Of a DNA stretch of 64,000 nucleotides, positions 52,242 through 59,762 are shown piece after piece. The DNA lies in contig CAMDFJ010000005.1 of the NCBI GenBank assembly GCA_945897435.1, positions 1,781-65,780 of the forward strand. Reading direction: 5' to 3'. Made by a program: the position numbers and the translations under genes. Each line of letters opens with the position of its first letter. The first letter of the stretch is position 1. Origin of the DNA: Candidatus Kuenenia stuttgartensis. GTDB lineage: Bacteria > Planctomycetota > Planctomycetia > Pirellulales > UBA1268. Below the pieces are notes generated by a model. That model had not been told where the DNA came from, did not search any database, and saw only the letters and a list, made by a program, of their open reading frames with translations.

Positions 52242-53099
52242 TTAGCGGCCACAGGCCCGTTCAGCCGCGAGGGCGATGCCCGACAGGACGAGGTCGGGGA
52301 TCTCGATGGCACCGGGCAGCACATCGCGGACCGCCCCGCGCCAACCGCCGGTCAGAAAGAGGGTCGCCTCAGGTCCGGTGGCCGCCATTGCCTCGGCCAC
52401 GAGCCTCGCGATCCCGCCCTTGGTGCCCCAGCCGATGCCCGCCGCAATCGCGGCCTGGGTCGAGCCACCTGGCATCGGCGGAGGGGGAGCATCCCCGTGC
52501 GCCGCGACCGCGGGGAGCCTGCTCGTTCCCTCGGCCAGCGACCGGGCCATCAGTGCCGGCCCAGGCATGATCGCGCCGCCGAGGAATCTACCGTCGGCGG
52601 CGAGAACGTTGACCGTCGCTGCCGTGCCGCAGTCGATGATGATCGCCGGGCGGCCGGCGGGCCTGAGAAGGTTGGCGGCAGCGGCAGCGCAGAGTCGGTC
52701 GATACCCACCGCGTGCGGCTCCTCGAGATCGACGGCAAGCGGCAGATCGGCATGACCGATCCTCCGCTGCCGCAGGGGCCGATGGCTCGTGGCCGAGACC
52801 GCCGCAAGCGCCGCCTCGAGCCGGGCCGCAGCCGCATCGTGCACACTCGCCACGAGCACCACGGCAGATCCCGGCGCCGCGACTGCCAGCCAGGCCTCGA
52901 GATTTGCCGGCCTGAATCCGCGGCTGTCGAGATCCTGCCGGCGCGACACGGCAGGCAGACCTTCGCCCACTGGAATGGACGAGTCGAAGGCGACACGGGC
53001 CAGTTTGATCCGGGTGTTACCCACGTCGGCGAGCAGGATGGCGTCACCCAGGCGGCCGGCCTCAGCGGCCGGCTTTGAAGCGGGCCTCTGCTCCATCAT
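52242..53099 (-). CDS. coaX: Type III pantothenate kinase
   Basis: ILLADVGNTRIKLA, IIIDCGTAATVN, GIGWGTKGGI. Its ATG overlaps the obg stop. Confidence 0.88.
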   Translation of the reverse strand: MMEQRPASKPAAEAGRLGDAILLADVGNTRIKLARVAFDSSIPVGEGLPAVSRRQDLDSRGFRPANLEAWLAVAAPGSAVVLVASVHDAAAARLEAALAAVSATSHRPLRQRRIGHADLPLAVDLEEPHAVGIDRLCAAAAANLLRPAGRPAIIIDCGTAATVNVLAADGRFLGGAIMPGPALMARSLAEGTSRLPAVAAHGDAPPPPMPGGSTQAAIAAGIGWGTKGGIARLVAEAMAATGPEATLFLTGGWRGAVRDVLPGAIEIPDLVLSGIALAAERACGR

Positions 53100-54139
53100 G
53101 CCCCACCCCCCTGCCGTCGCGTCGCCGACGCCGCGGCACGGGCCTCCTCACGCTGCCGATCCATCTCCGCGACGACCGCAGCCAGCAGCCGGTCGAGCCC
53201 CTCGCCCGTGACGGCGCTCACGGCGAGCACGTCGCGACCAATGGCAGCCGCCAGATTCGACCGGACGAGGGCCGCGCCGGGCAGCTCGCTCTTGCTCATG
53301 ATCACGATCTCGGGGCGACGGCCGAGAGCCTCGTCATGGAGCGTCAATTCCTCGCGGATCGCCCTGTAGTTTTCCAGCGGATCAGACCCGTCGACCGGCT
53401 CGGGTTCGACCACATGAACGATGATGCCAGCCCGTTCGACATGCCTCAGGAACTCGTGGCCGAGCCCCACTCCGGCATGGGCGCCCTCGATCAGACCGGG
53501 CAGGTCGGCGAGCACAAAACTCCGATCCCTGTCGATGGCCACGATCCCCAGCATCGGCGTCTTGGTGGTGAAGGCGTAGTCGGCGATCTGCGGCCGGGCC
53601 CGGGACAGCCGGGAGAGGAGCGTGCTCTTGCCGGCGTTTGGCTTGCCCACCAGCCCGACGTCGGCAATCACCTTCAATTCCAACAACAGCCGCCGCACCT
53701 GGCCCTTTTCCCCGGGAGTGGTCTCTCTGGGCGCCCGGTTGGTCGACGTCTTGAAGTGCAGATTGCCTTTACCGCCCGCGCCTCCCTGGGCGGCGACGAT
53801 CGATTCGCCTGGCGTCGCCAGGTCCTTGAGAGCGATGCCGCTGGCCTCGTCGATCACGATCGTGCCCGGCGGCACGAGCAGCACGAGATCCTCGGCAGAA
53901 CGTCCCTGGCAGTTGCACGGCCCACCGGCATGACCGTGGCTGGCCCGCCACTGCATCCGCTGGGAAAGGGCCGCCAGCGAATCGACTCCAGGCTCCGCCC
54001 TGAGGATCACACTGCCGCCTGAGCCGCCGTCTCCGCCATCGGGACCACCGAGCGGGACATATTTCTCACGCCGGAAACTCGAGGAGCCCCTGCCGCCGTC
54101 ACCGGCCGCCACTTCGATATGAACGCGGTCGACGAACAC
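53096..54139 (-). CDS. obgE: GTPase Obg/CgtA
   Basis: MFVDRVHIEVAAGDGGRGSSSFRREKYVPLGGPDGGDGGSGGSV, G1 GKPNAGKST, DLPGLIEGA. GTG start. Confidence 0.95.
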   Translation of the reverse strand: MFVDRVHIEVAAGDGGRGSSSFRREKYVPLGGPDGGDGGSGGSVILRAEPGVDSLAALSQRMQWRASHGHAGGPCNCQGRSAEDLVLLVPPGTIVIDEASGIALKDLATPGESIVAAQGGAGGKGNLHFKTSTNRAPRETTPGEKGQVRRLLLELKVIADVGLVGKPNAGKSTLLSRLSRARPQIADYAFTTKTPMLGIVAIDRDRSFVLADLPGLIEGAHAGVGLGHEFLRHVERAGIIVHVVEPEPVDGSDPLENYRAIREELTLHDEALGRRPEIVIMSKSELPGAALVRSNLAAAIGRDVLAVSAVTGEGLDRLLAAVVAEMDRQREEARAAASATRRQGGGA

Positions 54140-54159
54140 GGCCTATTCTGCCTGGCCGA

Positions 54160-54402
54160 TCAGGAAAGGACGTTGACGCGACGGCCTTCCTGATCGAATC
54201 CGACAATGCCGTCGATGAGGGCGAAAAGCGTGTAATCGGTGCCCATGCCGACGTTCTTACCGGGGCGGAACTTCGTTCCCACCTGGCGGACGAGGATGTT
54301 TCCGGCACGCACTTCCTGGCCGCCGAACTTCTTCACCCCGCGGCTCTGGGCATTCGAATCACGCCCGTTGCGACTTGATCCCTGACCTTTTTTATGTGCC
54401 AT
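54160..54402 (-). CDS. rpmA: 50S ribosomal protein L27
   Basis: [40 protein letters not shown]. Trimmed from the track ORF (to 54477) to ATG 54402. Confidence 0.95.
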   Translation of the reverse strand: MAHKKGQGSSRNGRDSNAQSRGVKKFGGQEVRAGNILVRQVGTKFRPGKNVGMGTDYTLFALIDGIVGFDQEGRRVNVLS

Positions 54403-54486
54403 GACTGCCTGCCGCCTGAACGTGAACCGAACGACCCGAACGCAAGTGATCGACGAGAATGTGACGGCAACCGACAACCGAACCGT

Positions 54487-56193
54487 CTACAGATCGCCGC
54501 CGACCTCATTTTCGTATCGGAAAACCCAGGCGTGGTCAATGCCCTCGTGCACCGCCGTGGCTGCGGTGAATAGGCTGGGGCCTTCAGGCCCCAGCAGCCC
54601 TTCGAGCATCCGGGCCCGCCTGGCCGGATCGGGCTCGAGTTCGATCGCGGTGCGGACATGATCGAATGCATTTCTGGGTCCCCCGGCGAAGGCCGGCCGA
54701 CGGTCGAGGTCAAGGTCGTGGAGGACGGCCATGGCACGGGCATTGGCCAGTTCGGCGGCAAGTCCTTCAAGCCTGGGGGCCGCATCCCCGAACAGGGCCG
54801 TCGCCTGCTCCCGTCGAATGGAGACGCTGGCTGTCCGGTCGAGGGCCGAGAGCACCTGGGCCAACGATTCCAGAGGCTTTTCCTTGAGGGCCTCGGGAGA
54901 AACGCCGACGGCCGCCAGTGCCGCCTTCCGGGTTGCCTCATGCTCTGAATCGCTCGGAGCGGCCAGTCCGCGGGAAAGGGATTCGATCCATTCGACCCCC
55001 AGATCGCCAAGCAGTTGGCGGCCCACGCGACCGCGGGACGTCGGCTCGGGGAGTGCCGCCAGCCTGCCGAGCACCTTCACAAGCGGCGCCAGGCTCGGCG
55101 CCGCATCCCGGTCGATCACCGGTGCTGCAGGCTTCGGGTCGGCGGTTTCGAGAAGGTCCCGCCAGGTGAGCCCGAGCTGGGTGAGCCCCTCGATCGGACT
55201 GGCGTTGGTCAGCCGTGGTCGGCCAACGGTTTCGAGAATCCGTGTCCCGATCGCCATTCGTTCGAGCATGCCCGCATGGCCGACGCTGATCGCCTCCTCG
55301 GGATGATCGGCCTCGTCGCTCGGCGACCAGAAATCGAGCCGCAGGCTCTCGAGCGCATGCTCGGTGCCGAGACCAGGCTCGCCATCGGCGGCAAATTGGG
55401 CCTGCGGATCGACCCGCCAGCGGATCGCATTCGTGAGCCCGCGGATGAAGATCGAGAAATAGTCGATCCGGGGGTCGATATCCTCCCAGACCGCGACGCC
55501 CCAGCGAGACTCACCAGGCTGGATTTCCAGTTCCACCATGCTGGCGCTGTCGTAGAGCCGGCCCGGGATGGCCTCCCGCCGCCGGATCGGTTCCAGGGCC
55601 GAAGGGAGGACGCGGTCGAGATAGCCGCGATAGGCCAGCCTGCCCTCGTCTGCCGACAGCCCCTCGATGCTCTCCAGCACGAAGTGCGGCAGAAATCTGA
55701 TCGGATGCTCGACAGCCTCCCGGGTCATTCGCTTGAGCGGATCATCGCCCTCGACCGACTGCCGACCGCCGACGTTCCGCACGCGATAGACCATGTAAAG
55801 CAGTCGCTTGCGGCGCATCTTCATGTCGAGGCCAGGAATGTCGACGTCGATGTGCCGCGGCGGTTTGTAGGCAAATTCGAGGCACCAGATATTCCGCGGG
55901 TAGGTCCGGTTGCGGCCCCGTTCGAGGAACGTGGTTCCGACCGGCGAACGGCGTGGCTGCCAGGCACGATCTGCATGGGCCAGGGTGATCTCCGGAATGT
56001 CGCCCCGCTGGATGGTGTCGTCGGTCGAGATGTCGGATGGCACAACCACGATCGCCCCTGGGGCGAGAGACCGGAAACCGTCGGGGGCTGCCGCGAGTAG
56101 GTCGCCCAGGGACAGGCAGACTGCCAGAAACGCGAGACGGCCGGCAGCGCCGGCAGTCGTCGAGAGTTTCGTTGTGCCGGTGGTTCGCGACAT
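54487..56193 (-). CDS. Secreted hypothetical protein, 568 aa, no family recognised
   Basis: Long ORF with ATG start, high third-position GC and signal peptide AGRLAFLAVCLSLGDLLAAAP. Same strand as rpmA and 84 nt upstream of it. Confidence 0.7.
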   Translation of the reverse strand: MSRTTGTTKLSTTAGAAGRLAFLAVCLSLGDLLAAAPDGFRSLAPGAIVVVPSDISTDDTIQRGDIPEITLAHADRAWQPRRSPVGTTFLERGRNRTYPRNIWCLEFAYKPPRHIDVDIPGLDMKMRRKRLLYMVYRVRNVGGRQSVEGDDPLKRMTREAVEHPIRFLPHFVLESIEGLSADEGRLAYRGYLDRVLPSALEPIRRREAIPGRLYDSASMVELEIQPGESRWGVAVWEDIDPRIDYFSIFIRGLTNAIRWRVDPQAQFAADGEPGLGTEHALESLRLDFWSPSDEADHPEEAISVGHAGMLERMAIGTRILETVGRPRLTNASPIEGLTQLGLTWRDLLETADPKPAAPVIDRDAAPSLAPLVKVLGRLAALPEPTSRGRVGRQLLGDLGVEWIESLSRGLAAPSDSEHEATRKAALAAVGVSPEALKEKPLESLAQVLSALDRTASVSIRREQATALFGDAAPRLEGLAAELANARAMAVLHDLDLDRRPAFAGGPRNAFDHVRTAIELEPDPARRARMLEGLLGPEGPSLFTAATAVHEGIDHAWVFRYENEVGGDL

Positions 56194-56340
56194 CTTCGTT
56201 AACGGGACCGGGAGTTCGGCGACGATTCGCCCAGAGATTCAAAGAACCCGAGATTCAGGGACAAAGCCATCTGGACCTGCATCCGACAAAGGTCCGCACA
56301 GAGGCCAGACGACACTCTGCCGCTCTTTGCCAATCGGCTT

Positions 56341-56450
56341 CAGGATAGGAAATTCGTCTCTTTTCAGCGAAATTCACGAAAACCAGCAAACCTGACGCGA
56401 ATTTCCTTGATTTCCCAAACCTCCCAATCAACATTTTGATTGCTGAATCA
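56341..56450. promoter_or_regulatory. AT-rich intergenic island with nested inverted repeats (candidate operator/promoter region)
   Basis: I count 45/110 G+C (~41%) against ~66% in the surroundings. GAAATTCG (56349-56356) is inverted against CGAATTTC (56398-56405), with a CGAAATTC copy at 56368-56375. CAATCAA-CATT-TTGATTG lies at 56425-56442, overlapping TGATT-N4-AATCA. Confidence 0.35.
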
Positions 56451-56551
56451 GGACGTCGGCCGGACCGATCCGGAGAAATTTGGCCTACGCATCAGGCGTT
56501 GGCCGAATGACACTCCTGAGCAGCATCCTGCGACTTTGACACCAGGCACCA

Positions 56552-56806
56552 ATGCCCCACGATCTTCCAGCCGCCCGAAATGCCTCCGCCGCCCTTGACG
56601 TGGGGGCAGGCCCGTCGAGAGGCAAGCCGTTCATCTCCGCGGAGGATTTTGATCGTACCGGAATCTTCACCGGATTCGATCCCTCCGCATCGGCCTATTG
56701 GTGGATGCCGGAACTGTATGGACCCATGCAGGATGACCCGATGCCGGCCCGGGATCGATTTCAGGCCGCCCGCCCGGCAGTTTCCCGGTCCACGGCGGCC
56801 GCCTGA
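56552..56806 (+). CDS. Possible 84-aa hypothetical protein
   Basis: ATG start, third-position GC about 70% by my count, and a non-repetitive sequence (PFISAEDFDRTGIFTGFDPSASAYWWMPELYGPMQDD). Its 3' end overlaps the convergent parA by 46 nt. No homology evidence. Confidence 0.25.
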   Translation: MPHDLPAARNASAALDVGAGPSRGKPFISAEDFDRTGIFTGFDPSASAYWWMPELYGPMQDDPMPARDRFQAARPAVSRSTAAA

Positions 56807-57603
56807 TCGACCTCAGCCGACAAGGCCGCATAATCCTCGGCGCCGTTCGATTCCGGAGCGTAGTCGAAAATCGACTGCCCGAAACTGGGGGCCTCTGCCA
56901 GCCTGATGTTGCGGCGAACCTTGGCCGCAAATACCCGTCCACAGCCCCAGGAGGGGTGCCGCTCGCCAGAAGCGGCGAAAAATTCCTCGACGTCCCGTCC
57001 CACCTCGGTGGCGAGTCGGGTGCCCGCCTCGTACATGCAGAGCACAACCCCGAGCAGCCGGAGTTTCGGATTCACATGCTCGGCGACAAGTTCGATCGTT
57101 TCCAGCAGTTTGCTCAGCCCGTGCAGGGCCAGAAAGTGCGGCTGCAGCGGCAGCAGCACCTCGTCCACGGCCGCCATCGCATTCAGCGACAGCAGTCCCA
57201 ACGAGGGCGGACAATCGATCACCATGTAGTCGAAGGCTTCGGCAGCGCCGCCCCGGCAGCGGGAATCGGCCTCGATCCGTTGCCGGAGGATCGACTCGCG
57301 ACCAGGGCGATTCGTGAGGGCAACCTCGGCAGCTGAAAGGTCGATGTGGGAGGGCACAACGAAGAGGTTCTCGCCCGCCGGCAGACAGGCAGCCTCCAAG
57401 GGCCGACCCTCGACGAGCACGTCGTAGGCACTGGCGGGATGGCTGCCGGGGGCGACGCCGACGTGGAGCGTGGCATGGGCCTGAGGATCGAGATCGACGA
57501 GGCAGACCCGCCGACCGGCGCGGGCAAGCCCAACGGCTAGATTGACCGAGGTGGTCGTCTTGCCGACGCCGCCTTTTTGGTTCGCCACTGCTATCGATCG
57601 CAT
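56761..57603 (-). CDS. parA: ParA/Soj-family P-loop ATPase (orphan, no adjacent parB)
   Basis: MRSIAVANQKGGVGKTTTSVNLA (deviant Walker A), VDLDPQ, MVIDCPPSLG. The track lists GTG 57609, and ATG 57603 is more likely. Confidence 0.88.
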   Translation of the reverse strand: MRSIAVANQKGGVGKTTTSVNLAVGLARAGRRVCLVDLDPQAHATLHVGVAPGSHPASAYDVLVEGRPLEAACLPAGENLFVVPSHIDLSAAEVALTNRPGRESILRQRIEADSRCRGGAAEAFDYMVIDCPPSLGLLSLNAMAAVDEVLLPLQPHFLALHGLSKLLETIELVAEHVNPKLRLLGVVLCMYEAGTRLATEVGRDVEEFFAASGERHPSWGCGRVFAAKVRRNIRLAEAPSFGQSIFDYAPESNGAEDYAALSAEVDQAAAVDRETAGRAA

Positions 57604-57724
57604 CTGCACCTCTCCGCGTCGTCGGGGCGGCAGAGGATAGGGAGCGACGATCGGCTCAAAAAGCCCGGTTTTCCATTTTTACGAGGAAAAGACGGCCCTG
57701 ATCTTTTCCGCGGCCGCTGATTCC

Positions 57725-58312
57725 CTATTTTTCGATGTTTTCGGCCGGGCCCAGGCTCTTGATCCAGGTTCGCAGGCCGCGCTCGATCCGACCGAGGCCG
57801 ACCCGGCCCGGCCTGCCCACCACGGCGAGTGTGCCACCCTGATCGTCGAAGTCGATGACCAGGCTGGTCGAGCCCCCCTGCCCCGCCGGATCATCCGCGA
57901 AAGAAATGGCGTAGTCCCAGGAATCGTCGGGCAGCCGTTTTGAGTCGAATCCCGAAGAACGTTCCCAGGCAAAGTTGGCATCCTCCACGAGGCCGCGGCG
58001 GACGTGCACGAGCCCCTTGGCGTCAGAAATATCCCGCTGATCGATCGCCACCAACCGGCCGGCAGCCGGCGAAGCCGCGAGCCGCATCAGCACCACGGAC
58101 GGTGCCGTGGTGACTCTGCGGGCTGCCTCCGGCCCGTAGAGCCCGAGGCAGCGGCGGGTCTGGCTCCTCTGGAACCAGATCCCGGTCAGGGCCGCGGCCA
58201 ATCCGAGCAGGATCAGACCAACCACCAGAGCGGTGCCACGGCCCCCGGAGCGACCGGAAGCGGCGGCAGTTGCGGCAGAGGACGCCGCGGATGGAATCGT
58301 TTCGGCTGTCAT
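57725..58312 (-). CDS. Hypothetical membrane-anchored protein, 195 aa
   Basis: ATG start, a single TM helix ALVVGLILLGLAAALTGIWF, then a soluble domain. No family recognised. Confidence 0.55.
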   Translation of the reverse strand: MTAETIPSAASSAATAAASGRSGGRGTALVVGLILLGLAAALTGIWFQRSQTRRCLGLYGPEAARRVTTAPSVVLMRLAASPAAGRLVAIDQRDISDAKGLVHVRRGLVEDANFAWERSSGFDSKRLPDDSWDYAISFADDPAGQGGSTSLVIDFDDQGGTLAVVGRPGRVGLGRIERGLRTWIKSLGPAENIEK

Positions 58313-58405
58313 CGGGAGGCTTCCGGCCCGCGGGAGATTCGAATGCTTTCAATGTATACTCCGGCTGCCGTTTTCAGGTCCCGATCGCAACCAGGAGCCC
58401 TGCGG

Positions 58406-58633
58406 ATGCCCAACGCCATCGACCCCTACCGCGAAGCGCTCGTCGTCGAACACCACACCCTCTGGCCGGACGACTACGAAGATTGGTCGCAGGCCGACAA
58501 GGCCCGGGTCGAGGCCCTGCTCCACGCCGCTCCGGCCGAGGCCAGCGATCTCGACTACGTCCGCCAGCACACAGGCTTCGCCAGAGTGATCACCGTGACA
58601 CCGGCCGACCTCGACCGCGTGAGTGTCTCCTGA
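58406..58633 (+). CDS. Hypothetical 75-aa protein coupled to aroB
   Basis: ATG is preceded by AGGAG (58393-58397, 8-nt spacing). MPNAIDPYREALVVEHHTLWPDDYEDWSQADKARVEALL.... The stop TGA at 58631-58633 lies 2 nt before the aroB GTG. It is embedded in the tail of spurious track ORF 58004..58633. Confidence 0.5.
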   Translation: MPNAIDPYREALVVEHHTLWPDDYEDWSQADKARVEALLHAAPAEASDLDYVRQHTGFARVITVTPADLDRVSVS

Positions 58634-58635
58634 CC

Positions 58636-59751
58636 GTGTCGCATCGCACGATTCGCCTCCGACTCGGGGCCACGGCCACTGCGGGAGAGAGGTCGTACTC
58701 GATCCTGATCGGCTCCGGCATCATCGCGGAACTCGGCAACGCGGTTCGGCAGGATGGGGCCGTCCGCGCAGTCATCATCTGCGACGATCGCGTCCGCGAA
58801 CCGCACGCCTCCGCCGCCTGTCGATCCCTCGCCGCCGCCGGCATCGGGGCCGAAATCCTCTCGGTTGCAGCGGGAGAGTCGTCGAAATCGGTCTCCGAGG
58901 CGGGCCGACTCTGGAACGCCCTGGCGACCCTCGCCGTCGATCGCCGGACCCAGATCATCGCCGTTGGCGGGGGGGTGGCGGGCGACCTCGCAGGATTCGT
59001 CGCGGCCACCTTCGCCCGCGGACTTCCCTTCTGGCAGGTTCCCACCACGCTCGTCGCCCAGGTCGACAGCGCCATCGGCGGCAAGACCGGCATCAATCTC
59101 GACGCCGGCAAGAACCTCGTCGGGGCCTTCTGGCAGCCCCGCGGCGTGTTCGCCGACATCGACACGCTGGCCACCCTTCCCGACCGCGAATACAGAAGCG
59201 GGCTCGCCGAGGTGGTGAAGTATGGCGTGATTCTCGACGCCGAGTTCTTCGCCTGGCTCGAGCAGCATGCCGGCGAGATCCTCCTCCGCGACCCCGCCGC
59301 CGTGATCCACCTCGTCGAACGATCCGCCTTCCTCAAGGCCAGGGTCGTCGAGGAGGACGAACACGAGCAGACTGGCCTGCGGGCGATCCTCAACTACGGC
59401 CACACCTTCGGCCATGCCTACGAGGCCGCAGCCGGCTATGGCAGGCTGCTCCACGGCGAGGCCGTGGCCCTTGGAATGACGACCGCCGCCCGGCTCGCCG
59501 CCGACATCGGCCGCATCGACGCCGGATTCGTCGCCCGACAGGACGCCCTGCTGCGGTCGCTCGGCCTGCCGCTCACCGCCGCCGATCTCGGCACGACCGA
59601 ATGGATGCCGCCGGCCGATGCCCTGCTTGCGATCATGGGCCGCGACAAGAAGTCGATCGGAGGCAGCCTGCGGTTCGTGCTCCCGACGCGGATCGGCCAT
59701 GTCGAACTGGTCGACGGTATCGACCCTGCGATCGTCCGCCGGCTGCTCTAG
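58636..59751 (+). CDS. aroB: 3-dehydroquinate synthase
   Basis: GGGVAGDLAGFVAATFARGLPFWQVPTTLVAQVDSAIGGKTGIN, EVVKYG, LNYGHTFGHA, LHGEAVALGM. GTG 58636 gives 371 aa, and the track ORF from 58270 is an upstream extension. Confidence 0.92.
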   Translation: MSHRTIRLRLGATATAGERSYSILIGSGIIAELGNAVRQDGAVRAVIICDDRVREPHASAACRSLAAAGIGAEILSVAAGESSKSVSEAGRLWNALATLAVDRRTQIIAVGGGVAGDLAGFVAATFARGLPFWQVPTTLVAQVDSAIGGKTGINLDAGKNLVGAFWQPRGVFADIDTLATLPDREYRSGLAEVVKYGVILDAEFFAWLEQHAGEILLRDPAAVIHLVERSAFLKARVVEEDEHEQTGLRAILNYGHTFGHAYEAAAGYGRLLHGEAVALGMTTAARLAADIGRIDAGFVARQDALLRSLGLPLTAADLGTTEWMPPADALLAIMGRDKKSIGGSLRFVLPTRIGHVELVDGIDPAIVRRLL

Positions 59752-59762
59752 CCCCGCAGGCT

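Noticed and set aside
56485-56670. 61-aa minus-strand ORF in the long intergenic gap
   Set aside because: It overlaps the + strand 84-aa ORF, which has a better third-position GC pattern. Its product is R/S/A-rich and nondescript. Neither ORF is strongly supported.
56194-56760. Replication origin next to parA
   Set aside because: The region is AT-rich, but I found no TTATCCACA-like DnaA boxes in either orientation, and there is no dnaA/dnaN nearby. I kept it only as a generic regulatory island.
57685-57709. 8-bp hairpin GGAAAAGA-N9-TCTTTTCC after the 195-aa gene as an intrinsic terminator
   Set aside because: No U-tract follows on either strand and the stem is A/U-rich, so support is insufficient.
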